64,000 nucleotides of DNA, taken from contig NC_135658.1 in the NCBI RefSeq assembly GCF_964188315.1, positions 63,488,001 to 63,552,000 on the forward strand, in the 5' to 3' direction. The notes under the pieces were generated by a model. The model worked only from the letters and a program-made list of their open reading frames with translations. It ran no database searches and was not told where the DNA came from. The translations under genes and the position numbers were made by a program. The DNA comes from Podarcis muralis. Taxonomy: Eukaryota. Positions 36,446-48,720 of the stretch are shown here, one piece after another (the stretch's first letter is position 1; each line of letters starts with the position of its first letter).

Positions 36446-37664
36446 AGGAATGCACACACACAAACCCACATTGCCTTCTGCTTGATGATTTTCAAATCCT
36501 ATTTCTCTTCTGATTATTTTCTTTGAAAATGGTTTTAAAAAGCACAGTAAAGTGTTTTGGCACAGCACTAATAAATGGTGCACACAGGATTTCCGCTAGG
36601 TTAAAAAATCCGTAAAGTGAGATTTACTAGCTCTGTTTAGTAGTATTACAAGGGTTGTTACAACAACCCTTTTGCTGTACTTTACAATAAATAGCTACAG
36701 TGGTTGTATTTTCCACAGAAGAAGGATGGAATATTTATAATTGTATCTTTAATGCTAAGATTTTTTTTCCTGAGTCTGCAAAGCAGGTGGCAATGCAATA
36801 CATAACATTTGCAGTTGCTGCGGTGAAGTATTGAACTCTCCTCTGGTATTTGAAGTAGTTCACACATTAAGTACAGAAAATACCAGGAATGTTCCGGTAT
36901 AGTGTTTAAATATAGAACAGCTTTCTTCTTAAGCTCAAAGGTAGTGGCATACTGCTGGGTTTTAATAAACTACCGGTAATAGACATTGCAGTGACTTGAA
37001 CAGCAGCTACTTGGGTTTATTTATTGTCCTACGTGTCCAGTTTGGGGCAATTAACAAGAAAGGATAAAATTAAAAATTTTATTTTCTCTCTCCCCGCTCT
37101 CCCTCTCTCTCCTGGTATAGCACTTTAACAAAGTCTACAATATGTGCAGTGTCCATACAGTTGTGGTTTCGGTGCTGGATATTATAGTACATCAAAAATA
37201 CCACTTTATTTGATTGTTACAGCTAGAGGTAAGAGTTCTTCAATTATGTGAAGGAGTGCAGAGTTTAAAGAACTCAGGGTGGCCTCTGAACCAAAGGCTG
37301 AGAGATTGACGTCATTGGGAGCACAATTGGATCCAACTTGTGGTGCAGATTGGATTTGGAATGCAGCTATTTTCCAATTTGGCAGAAAGGGACTATATTA
37401 AGCCCAATGCCCAGTTGAGCCAGGGCGTGAAGTCTACCCATTAGCAGTGTCAATACTTCCAAGTGTGTATTTATTGCGTAACCACTGCATCCACACAACA
37501 ACATTCACATCAAAATGTCAGCCTGTATTCTTTCCACATGTAATCCAGATTTGCCCTTTGGGCAGAATAAACTTGGTAAGATTTTTTTGGGGGGGGGCCA
37601 CAAAAAATATTGCCAATGATTCGTTTGCAAGTGCAGCCCTCTCCTAAGAAAGGATGTGTTGCAG

Positions 37665-38030
37665 GAACATAAAATGAGCCTCCTGGATTATGCTAATGGC
37701 CCATCTAATCCAGTATCCTGTTCTTGCAGTGGTCAACCAGATGGCGGTGGGAAGCCCACAAACAGAGTATGAGCACAACAGCCCCTAACCCACCTGTGAT
37801 TTCTAGCAACTGGTGCTCAGATGCATACTGCTTCTGAAAGTGGAGTTAGAACATAGCAATTGTGGCTAGTAGTCACTGATAGCCTTGTCCTTCATGAATT
37901 GGTCTAAACCTCTTTTAAAGCCATCCAAACTAGTGGCCATCACGGCCTCCTGTGGGAGCAAGTTCCATAGTTTAGCTATGCACTGCATGAAAAAAATATT
38001 ACAGATGACTAACAAACTTACAGCCTTAAA
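37665..38030 (-). mobile_element. CR1 LINE 3' fragment
   Basis: ORF 37866-38105 ends KLWNLLPQEAVMATSLDGFKRGLDQFM (CR1 ORF2 C-terminus), followed by the 3'UTR. Confidence 0.85.
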
Positions 38031-38229
38031 CTGAGAAAGAGGAAGATCAAACATAATGCCTGCTAACTTGGTGGTAAGACCAAAGGATGATTTTGTAACT
38101 TGCAAACTAATAGAAAATGAGGGGTTGAAAGTGAAAGCTTAGGTGAAATAATAAATTATGCCTTCTGCATATTAAATTGGAGAAAATATGCTGACATCAA
38201 AGCTGGAAGAGTTGTAACAGCACTTCCAC

Positions 38230-38636
38230 TGCCTCACCTGCAAATGTAGAGAAAGAGATCTATCAGCCTCCACGGGTGGACCTTCCTAATAGGTCTCCCA
38301 CCTCTCGAGAGGGGGAAAAGTGCTGACAGCCTAAATCTGAACAGGGAGTGATCTGAGCATGACAAGGGACTGATGTCAATGTCCCCCCATCGAGAATGCC
38401 CAGTCGAAAAAATAAGGTCCAGAGTGTGGCCTGCCATGGGTGCTGGGCTGGTACATGCTGGGACAACCCCATGGATATCATGGCAGCCATGAAGTCGTCA
38501 GCTGCCTCAGCATGGATGTTGAAGTCTCCTAGAACCAGCAGTTTGGGAGTCCTCAGTACTGCAGGGAGATTGCTTGGCAGCGAGGCAGGCGGTCAACCAG
38601 CAGAATCCCTAATCTGTCCCGACTGCACAATGCCAG
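38230..38636 (-). mobile_element. L2/CR1-group LINE AP-endonuclease fragment
   Basis: Frameshifted reading DRLGILLV..., [34 protein letters not shown], which contains the APE GDFN and SDH motifs. Confidence 0.85.
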
Positions 38637-39311
38637 GAACACATGTGAAAAGGATCTAGGAGTCTTGGTTGACCACAAACTTGACATGAGCCAACAGTGT
38701 GACACGGCAGCTAAAAAAGCCAATGCAATTCTGGGCTGCATCAATAGGAGTATAGTATCTAGATCAAGGGAAGTAATAGTGCCACTGTATTCTGCTCTGG
38801 TCAGACCTCACCTGGAGTACTGTGTTCAGTTCTGGGCACCACAGTTCAAGAAGGACACTGACAAACTGGAACGTGTCCAGAGGAGGGCAACCAAAATGGT
38901 CAAAGGCCTGGAAACGATGCCTTATGAGGAACGGCTAAGGGAGCTGGGCATGTTTAGCCTGGAGAAGAGGAGGTTAAGGGGTGATATGATAGCCATGTTC
39001 AAATATATAAAAGGATGTCATATAGAGGAGGGAGAAAGGTTGTTTTCTGCTGCTCCAGAGAAGCGGACACGGAGCAATGGATCCAAACTACAAGAAGATT
39101 CCACCTAAACATTAGGAAGAACTTCCTGACAGTAAGAGCTGTTCGACAGTGGAATTTGCTGCCAAGGAGTGTGGTGGAGTCTCCTTCTTTGGAGGTCTTT
39201 AAGCAGAGGCTTGACAACCATATGTCAGGAGTGCTCTGATGGTGTTTCCTACTTGGCAGGGGGTTGGACTCGATGGCCCTTGTGGTCTATTCCAACTCTA
39301 TGATTCTATGA
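38637..39311 (+). mobile_element. 5'-truncated CR1 LINE (young, one frameshift)
   Basis: ORF 38665-39108 ([24 protein letters not shown]...[14 protein letters not shown]) continues in another frame as [23 protein letters not shown]. The terminus is ttccaactctatgattctatg. Confidence 0.96.
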
Positions 39312-41669
39312 CATACTCTAGATCCCCACCCCCTCCCCCGGACTGGAAAAAGGGAAATATTAGTAACAGTAGAGGAGACAAAAGAGAAAGATAGAGTGTT
39401 AACAGCATTACAGAGATACCACAGGCCAAAAATATTCAGTCAGCCTTGTGTCCTTGCATGGGAGTAAATCCTATTGAGTAAAAATGCAGAGTTGCATTGT
39501 CCATTGACTTTCTTATAAGTGGGGAAACTTAGTGGCGTAGTAACTCCTGCTGGTGCCTGAGGTGGACCAAAGTTGTTGAGCCTTTCTTTTTTTAAGAAAT
39601 CAAAGATGCTGAGCTTTTTTAGGGGAGCCACCAAAATTCTGGAGCTGGCGTTTCGACGGACGGGCAATGGCTCCTCCCCCTGCAGCACCTGAGATGCCCA
39701 GCAACTGCCAGGCGGCCCTGAAGCTCATTTGCCACCCAACAGCCCACCCCCCAGATGCCAAGCAGCCACCATGCTGCCCTACATGCCTAGCTATGCTACT
39801 GGTAAAACTAGCAGAAGGTGGCTGTGGGACAGCACTTTTGGAACATCACACACACACAACACTACCCTTGCTTACAAGTATTAGCATAGCCATCTGGGGT
39901 GGGAAAGCCTTTGCACTTTTCTGAAGCTGAGGCTACCTACAAAGTTGCATCCTTAAGTTTTGTGCAAAACTGTATCTTTAGTTTCTAAAGTTTTTAGGCA
40001 GCAAGTACATTTCTTGGCCTTTAAAGAGAAGCCTTCCATAAGAGGATACTATTGATGTATGTATAGATTTTCACATGAGCACATTCCACTTCCACAACAG
40101 TACATTGGGGGGAAAACACTGTTTGATTATAAAAACCAATTCAGCTTTTCTTTTCTCTCCAGTCTATCACAGTATATTGTCCAGGGCACAAAGAAACATT
40201 ACATTGAATTCCAACCAAATTGGCATAATCTGAAGAAAGAGATGGATAAAGAATTGCACCTCCTGGCTGTAGGGCTGCCTGCTGTTCTTTGTAATGAAGT
40301 TCATCTTGGTGGATGATTTCAGATCCCTTCCCATCAACCTAGCTTCCTGTATACATCATTTCATGTTTGAAATGTGAAGTAACTTCAATGGAAAAATATC
40401 CTTTTCTTGATTTTCAAGGCATGAAACATCACATAAACTAATTTAGATGGGTGTTTTCAAAACTTCAGTCACACAATATTGGGCAGTGGGGGGACCACGT
40501 ATGTCCCTTTGGCCAATTCTATAGGAGTCTAACAATGAAGGGATGCTCTTCTTGGGCAGAAGAAGTGAAATAAAATGAAGGGAAACTGCAACAGATGAAC
40601 TCATGACTTGAGGGTTTTGGTTTGGGGGTTTGGTTTTAGTTTCACTGGGTCCCAAACATACATCTGCATATTTACATAACGACTATGTAACTGTAGTCTT
40701 ATGCGTATGTCTTGTAAGATCTAAACTTCTCAGCATAGGTTATAAAGTGTTATGTTTTTGGTGGAATTGATCTGTGTGTGTCTAATTTTGTTAACATTAT
40801 ATGGCCTTGATTTTGCCTCCCATTGTACATCAGCCCACATATATATTACCAGCACATATCTAATGTATTTCACACACTTAAGCTTAGGAAAACTCATGCC
40901 ACAAGAAACTACTTTGCAACATGAATCTTTCTGAGTAACCAAAGGGCCAATCTGCATATTATGTATTGATTGGTTTACCACATTAGGAATGCATTTAAAT
41001 CAATTTACAGTTTGTGTTGGTCTAAACACATGCAAGGTTTTCATAACAGCACCACCTAACCTTGGAAGTAGCTTATGCTAGTTTATAAATATGGCATATG
41101 TTTGAAGCACTGCACATGGTCATAGCATCTAAACATTACTCGCCCTTGTGTAGATGTCAGGTATAGGACACATGGAGAAAGCTTGGGCAAAATGGCTTTG
41201 AGGGCCAAATGGGCAGACAGAGGAGGCTTAACTAGGCCCATGGTCAAAGGTTCTCCACCCTGATTCCAGCTGGTCTCGCATGCCTTGTGAATGTTATGTT
41301 AAGTTGGAAAGGACAATTGCTGCTCTTAACCAGATCTCCTGAGTGAAATTTTAACCAGGGGATGTTCCCATCTTCCTGCAGCTCCTAGCACTACCCCCTT
41401 CACTGTTCCAGAACATTGCAGGACCTTCAAGATCCATATGACAGGTGGTGCTGTGAGCTGCAAGGGAACTGGTGAAGCCTGGATCCAATCTATTATATTG
41501 TTGTTTTCGTTTAGTTTGCAAGACACTTCAGAAACCATAAGAGGCAGAAGGATACAAATAACTTGTATGATTACAGGAGCGTTTGTGACATGATGTTCAG
41601 CTAAAGCAGCTGTGGGAAACCTTTTAAGTCAAAGAATGGGATGATGATTATTATTAATATTATTTTTCA

Positions 41670-41846
41670 CTATTACATTTATATCTCACCTTTCTTCCAA
41701 GGAGCTGACGGTGGTGACATGATTCTTTCCCTCCTCATTTTATCCTAACAGCCCTGAGGTAGGTTAGGCCAAGGGACAGTGACTGGCCCAAGGTCAACCA
41801 GTGAGCTTCATTGCTGAGTGGGGATTTGATACTTGGTCTCCCAGGG
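41670..41846 (-). mobile_element. CORE/MIR-like SINE fragment
   Basis: ccctgaggtaggttaggcc...gactggcccaaggtcaaccagtgagcttca...ggatttgatacttggtctcc is homologous to 2290-2420. Confidence 0.7.
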
Positions 41847-44178
41847 CAATCTTCTGGACCCTATATGGCAGTAATCGTCCAGGACAAAAGTGAACAGAGC
41901 AACTTAGGTGACTCTCATCTTTGTACAGTGAGCTACATAAGACTTTTTTGTTCCATTTGAAGGCAGAGTTTGGTTTTACGATTTCTTATGATTTTCTGTA
42001 GATTATATTTATGTACACTGTTTAGTAGAAATGCAAATCATTAAGTGGTATGTAAAGGTCTTAAATAAAATAATAAAGAAATACACTTTAAACATGTTAC
42101 AGTCAGAGGTTTTTATACACACATATAGACATAGACACACACACACTTACACTTCTTTACTCAAGTAAGCAAGAGGCATGATCAAGGATACCATTCAAGA
42201 ACAGATTCCAGCCAGGTAAACAAATGTAACGAGGGTGGAGATAGGTATGGGGAAATTCAATTCTGTTCACATTTAATCCACACTTTCCAAAACTGAAATT
42301 GACAGATTTGCCCATCACTAAGAGCACAGTGGAGTCAGTGGGGAGATAGCCTGGGGAGAAGGGACATGTGGAGACTCCAGAGGGCCAGATGGAGAGGACT
42401 GGAGCACTGCATTCAGACCCTGCAAGACTGGGCCTCCCCATCCTGAGCTACAGCATCATTGGTTTAACAACAATAAAAACAAAATCAGGCTGAGGAACTG
42501 TCAAATATTAACTAAGTTAAATGTTGTGGTTGGTCACATGTTTGCAAAGGGGATAAAAAGTCTAAGCCAAGAGTTAATTGATAATTGGTTGAATTATTCA
42601 TCTGTTATTAATGGTTACTAATGAGCAACACTGGAATAATCAATGCTCAAACCCCACACTTTGCCAGATGTCATGTTAATTGCTATTGAAGACAGCAATA
42701 GCCTCACAAACTGCGGAAACAAATTAGCGTGATTGATTCAAACTTAGCCACCTCGTGCCTTGCTGGAGCATTTTTCCAGCTGTACTTCAGCAAAGAATAA
42801 ACTCTTCTGAGCTTGTTGAAAGGGATTTTGCCTATGGTATCACAGTGCTCTGCTTCAGAATAAATGTCATAAATCTGACTTAGGCAAATATTTGCTTTGA
42901 GAATGTGTGTTGCTGCATGATAATAGGCAAAGAACTACCCATTAACCTTCAGTGTATAAAATGTTAAAACAAGCTGGTGTTTGTGGATAATTAAATCTAA
43001 AATTCACTCCTTGCCATGGAGATATCTGTTGTTATTTTTCTTATTATATTGCATTTTTAAACAATGGTTTATGAGTTGGAACAAAACTCTTAAATGCACT
43101 CAATGACACGTGGGGTTATTAACAATAACGCAGCATTGTTAAGTTGCTATTATTTTAACCCAAGACCTGCACAGTATTCAATTCTGTGGCTAGCAAGGAA
43201 ATGCTTACCTTCTGAAACAGGTCAAATAGAGTTACATAGCAAAGAAATGGAAGTTTATCTGTGGGTTTTTAATGTTTCTGCCTACTCCATGCTGAACTTA
43301 CTTTTGCACATATTATTGTTCATTTCTAGAGCACCCACATTAACTACGTAACTACACATGACTCATCTATAACAGCAGTAAAGCCACCGTTCATTTCTAA
43401 AATGGCTCAAATCTGCTTAAGCTTAGAATGTAGGCCATTTCTGGCACTGTGCCATTTACCTTACACTGGATAACTTACCTGTGGATTGTGCCCATAGTAA
43501 ATGATCTGCCTTCTAGTAGAAATAGCACTTTACCAAAGCAAGTCATATCTTAACCTACTGAGTATGGCTGTAGCCATTAGCAAAGTTATGTTAAGAAAAA
43601 TGAGGACATTCTGTAAAATCTCGAACTGTTCTTTCTCACATCTCTATAATCTTTTTGGTGCCACTGAAGTTCTTCCTTTTTCAACAAATCTTTTATGTGG
43701 GGATTTTTACTCCAGTCTGTGTTTGCATTGGAGTTGATTTTCTTAAAATGTACATGAGATTGTTTTGTTTTTATATAAAATTGTTTTAATTGAATTAATA
43801 TATGGAATTCTTTTACACATGTTTTCATTTTAAAATCATTTCAGATAGTTTATAGGAAGCAATTAACCAGTGTGCAATTCATAGTGTGCAAAGATGCATT
43901 CTATATGGGGAATTGCTTTGCAACAATTTGTATGTTAGGAAAAACCACACACAAATGTGTGCAGTGGGATAAATTTGCATTACCAAAATTAACATCCTCA
44001 CCCATCCATACCAAATGATTAACTTTTACACATACCTCTTTGGTTCTCTAGATTTGTGCAAGTTTAAGCATTATCTCATATATTCTAAGTCTTTGCTGGA
44101 GGGAGTATCTTGAGTGGAGTTAATGGATATTCCCACCAGCAGAAGGGGTGGAGTGTGGCTACTCCAATTATTACTTTC

Positions 44179-44179
<1 letters not shown>

Positions 44180-44215
<36 letters not shown>
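44180..44215. repeat. (TG)n microsatellite
   Basis: Direct reading. Confidence 0.95.
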
Positions 44216-44217
<2 letters not shown>

Positions 44218-44259
44218 ATGGTGTCAGTTTGCATTTCTTGGTACAGAAAGTACCAGAAA

Positions 44260-44499
44260 GCAGTTCAAAAGCACGCCAGTGCAAGTACGTGAATAGGTAC
44301 CGCTGTGGCGAGAAGGTAAATGGCGTTTCTGTCACGGTGTTCCGTTGCACCAGAAGTGATTTAGTCATGCTAGCCACATGACCCGGAAAGCCGTTTGTGG
44401 ACAAAGCTAGCTCTCTGGGCCTGAAAGCGAGATGAGCGCCGCACCCCATAGTCGCTTTTGCCTGGACTTAACCATCCAGGGGTGCTTGACCCTTACCTA
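44260..44499 (+). mobile_element. 5'-truncated Sauria SINE
   Basis: Aligns by eye to 5548-5775 (gtgcaagta..aataggtaccgct, ttagtcatgct.gccacatga, aaagcgagatgagcgcc). Confidence 0.88.
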
Positions 44500-45324
44500 T
44501 TACTTGCCTTGTAGGCTTCTACATCCACCAGATCTCGAGACATGAAGGCGCTAATATATTTGAGTTAGTGGGACACTTCATTTTAGCTTCCTGGCATTAA
44601 ATTTTGTGCACTGGAGTCTTTCTCATTTATACATGGAAAGATCATCCTTCTCTGCCTCCAGATTTAATATATTGAGTGAAACCTGTAAAATCTTACAGTT
44701 TGCAAACATTCAATCGATTTTTTAATTTTCTTTTTCCTCTACCATTTCTAATGAGGTTCTGGGTCTAGGGGGTATATCTGTATCCTATACTGCCAGAACA
44801 ATTCAAAGACTGGTTCTAATTTATTGGTCTTCCTAAGTATTCTACTGCCAGCCAGTTCAATGAGATATTCTGTTCTTCTGCATAGTATTGTTTAATTTCT
44901 GTTACCAATTGGTTTATACATTTCCTTGCCTTTACCAAGCGAGCTAATATTTCAGCATTACTTGTAGTAGTGTACACAATCTGCAAGCCAATCAGTTCCT
45001 TTACTAATTCCTAATTCTTCTTCATATATCGCTAAATGGTTCTTCTATCATGTAGCTCATGAAAACCAGATTTGAAATACTATTCCTAGCCTTCCCCAGA
45101 ACAGGAAAAATAGTGTGATCTATAAAAGGAAGCCTACGCAAGCAAAGAACATACTTACTCAAACGTATATCAAATAAAGGCAGGCCTAAGACAAGCTTCC
45201 ACAAGACTGGGGAGCAAAATAAATATCCCTTTTTCGGTGAAGTTGGAAATCACCATTCCCACTGCCTACAGCTTGTCAAGGGTCTGGATGTGTGCATATT
45301 ACACCTGTGCTGAGGGAACTGCAC

Positions 45325-45470
45325 TGGCTACCAATCAGTTGCCAGGCCATGTCGAAGGTCTTGTTAACATAAAAAGCCCTGAATAATTTGGGACCAGGTT
45401 ACATGAAAGACTGCCTGTCCCTGCATAGAACACTTAGATCACTTGGGGAAATTCAACTCATGGCACTGCA
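45325..45470 (+). mobile_element. L2 ORF2 C-terminal fragment
   Basis: LPISCQA..KVL..KALNNLGPGYMKDCL-like reading. Confidence 0.6.
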
Positions 45471-45654
45471 CCCTACAGACTATCATAGAGTGGTGACTCC
45501 AAAGCAGGCATCCTGTACATGCACTGGCATCAGTTTCCAGAATGTACAGGCAAGCGGGTACTTTTAAATGTTGGATGTATCTAATATACTTTTCTCAATC
45601 TCTGGCTTTTTCCTGCAAATATCTAGAGCATATTCACCCCCATTGTTTAGCCTA

Positions 45655-45927
45655 GACTAAGTTGCATCTCAGAGGGCCTTCTGACGGTTCCCTCATTGTG
45701 AGAAGTGAGGTTACAGGGAACCAGGCAGAGGGCCGTAACGGTAGTTGTGCCCACCCTGTGGAATGTTCCCCTGTCAGATGTCAAGGAAATAAACAACTAT
45801 CTGGCTTTTAGAAGGCCTCTGAAGGCAGCCCTGTATAGGAAAGCTTTTAATGTTTGATGTTTTACCGTGGTTTTACAATTTGTTGGAAGCTGCCAAGAGT
45901 CGCTGGAGCAACCCAGTCAGATAGGTG

Positions 45928-45964
<37 letters not shown>

Positions 45965-45965
45965 T
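45655..45965 (+). mobile_element. L2-type LINE 3' end with an (AAT)n tail
   Basis: gtgcccaccctgtggaatg...gaaggcagccctgtatagg...acccagtcagatagg, then (AAT)n at 45929-45963. Confidence 0.8.
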
Positions 45966-46675
45966 GCCCCAAGGTCAGATTTGGCCTATGTAGAATCATC
46001 TGCTGCCCACAGGGAAAAGACTAGTGAAGAAGCGTTTGTGGCATTGGGACTTGTTGCCAATCTGATCTGAGAGTCCCACCACCTCCCACTACCTTCTCAG
46101 GGTATCCCTACCATAAAATTATTGATGACTAAGTATGCGCTGTGTCTGTTTCCTTCTAATCTCTGCATTGAAAGCTGCTTTAATTTTCACCTTGTTGATC
46201 TGATCAAGCTTTAGAATGCAGTATCATACCTTGACTGGTCATTCCTAGGTAGTATAACTAATCTTGTTTACCAGAAGAATAAAAACCTTCCTCTGGCATT
46301 GTTCCCTGCCACTTCTGAGTTGCAGCCTGGAGAGCCTGGAATTCTTTTTTAACCTCATCCATGGCATTGATTTTATCTCAGTAAGAGCCAACTTTTCTTC
46401 TATATCTAACTAGTTGTGTTCAAGTTAATAAAATTAGAGATTTCTTTACATGAAAATATGGCTTGGATGTGAGTTTAGCCAACTGGATAGACATACAACC
46501 TAAAGTACACTGAGGCCAGAACAATCTGGGTGTATTTATACAAATACCTATATCTTCCCATATTCAGAACATCTGTCTGAAATTTCAATAGCTCTTTCCA
46601 TTCAGGGTTTCTTTCTCTCATTCTTTTAAAATGGCTTCCGCAACACCCATTGGTCAAATCTATCTGAAAACAGCC

Positions 46676-46679
<4 letters not shown>

Positions 46680-46720
<41 letters not shown>
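46680..46720. repeat. (CA)n microsatellite
   Basis: Direct reading. Confidence 0.95.
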
Positions 46721-46721
<1 letters not shown>

Positions 46722-47899
46722 CCTGCTCAAAATGTGCTGTATATTCATTGTACTGATGCAGTCAATATAATGCACACATACTGTGAAGTCTAGAATTAGC
46801 CCCTGAAACATGGCTAATATGAGAGGTGTTAGCCTGTTCTGCTCCCAGTGGAATGAGTTAGTTGATATTCTCGATTTGCAGTTTCTGGTGGACAGATTCC
46901 AGTACCCCTTTTCATACTGCAGGTTTGGTGTGTTTTTTTCTTGTTTCAAAAGTTGCAACAGAGATCTCTCATGGGGAAAATACCATTGAACATAAAGAAG
47001 GTTACTACATTCACACCCTGAATTAGAGTTTGGCAAATATTCTCTGTTTAATTTTATTTTATTTGGCATTGAGTTTGATTTCCCCTGTGAATTTGTCGTC
47101 ATCCACCTTGGGGAACATTTCTGAAGTCAATTAATTAGCTTCTGAAACCCCAGAAGCTGAGAAACGTGTTGACAAGTTGGTTTTTACAAAGGCTACACAT
47201 CCAAATTAACTGAGGACAATTAATCTTAAAATGTAATGAAATATCTTTTCCTCAAGTATGTGCTTCATGTATGTGTTGCTTCAAGGATAATCTGCCTCAC
47301 AGGGTAATCTGTGCCTCAGTTCTGAGACTCAGGGACATGCCCTGGGGCAGGAGTTCCAAAACTGTGGTCTGCAGACCAGCAGTTATCCCGTTATTCATTC
47401 ATCGCTACAACAGGAAGAAAAATCATTAAGTGGTTTGAGAGAGGGGATTTGGGTAACCACTACCCTGGGCAAAATGAGAGAGACTCTAAAAGATATCTGC
47501 CAGGTCTCCAAGAGAAAAAGGGTTTTCTGTTGCCAGAGGCCATGATAGCACAAGAGCTTAGTGCAAAAATTAAAACAGTGAACTTCTGAATACTGTCTAC
47601 ATTTCTATATTTCTATATTTCAACTTCATGTATACATATATTTGAAAATTTATTTGGACCTTCTATTACATAGCTCAGATGAGTCAGAGAAAATTCACTA
47701 AGGTCCAGAGGACTACCTCTAAATATATTTCCATAATTGTATTTTATGCTAAGACTCATGAAATTTGGAATTTGACATCAATACAAATTTTCAAATAATC
47801 TTTGCTGCAACTGCTAGATAAAACCTATCACTCAGAATGGAGAAGAAATCCATTTAAAATAGGTTCATATATATATAAATATAGAATTCAGTGGTTCTG

Positions 47900-48720
47900 A
47901 GCAGGTCTCTTTTTGACTGCATCAGACTACATCTTATCTTGAACACCCACCAATGTCCAAGTTACTTATGCATCATCAGGGACTTTTTGAGATAAGGTGA
48001 CCAGAACTGTAGACAGTATTCAATGTGTGGTTTCACCATAAATTTGTTTAACAGTATTATGATATTGGCAGTTTTATTTTCAACCCCTTTCCTAAATATC
48101 CCCAATGTCGAATTTGCCTTTCTTACACCTGGCTCAACATTACGAAGATACCCACTATGACCCCAGGTCTTATTACCAGTCAGTCACTTCCATTTCAGAC
48201 CCCATTAGTGTATTGTGAAACTGGTGGGGGCAGAAGGTTGCCCCAAAGTGCATCACTTTATACTAGCTGTATGGTTAATCACATTTGCTATTTTAAACCC
48301 TGTTCATTCACTTTTGAGTGGCAGTTTGGAAAGGGAGCTTCTCACAATCCCTTTTTGCTTTAACCACCCAGAACTTGGTGTCATCAGAAAACTTGGCTAC
48401 CTGAGGCTACCATAACTCTAGATCATTTATGCACAATTTTAAAAAACCACAATGTCACATTGCGGGGGACCCCATTTTCAAAATCACGCTATTGCGAGGA
48501 CTGTTTATTTATTCCTACCCTTTGCTCCTTGCTGTTCTGATGACTAAGGAGTCTTTGGTGAGAGACTTTACATAAAGGTTTATATTAAGGTTTATATAAG
48601 CAATGTTGACCAGATCACCTTTATACTTGTTGACACTTTCAAGGAACTTAAAAATGTTAATGAGACACAACTTATGACTGCAGAAGTTATGCTGGCTTTT
48701 ACTTTCCCCGTAATTCATAC
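47900..48720 (-). mobile_element. Old CR1 LINE reverse transcriptase fragment
   Basis: Minus ORF 48515-48718 (CLINIFKFLESVNKYKGDLVNIAYINL) resembles TNL.EFFE.V...VDKG..VD..YLDF. The reverse complement of 48370-48400 gives a KFSDDTK (FADDTK-like) motif. Confidence 0.7.

Noticed and set aside
38665-39239. 147-aa and 74-aa ORFs as host exons
   Set aside because: They are CR1 ORF2 split by a frameshift.
44760-45200. Possible old L1 RT fragment on the minus strand
   Set aside because: Only a weak YLG-like motif is visible, which is insufficient for a call.
46626-47102. 158-aa minus-strand ORF
   Set aside because: It includes a (TG)n tract, has no recognisable domain and no convincing splice context.
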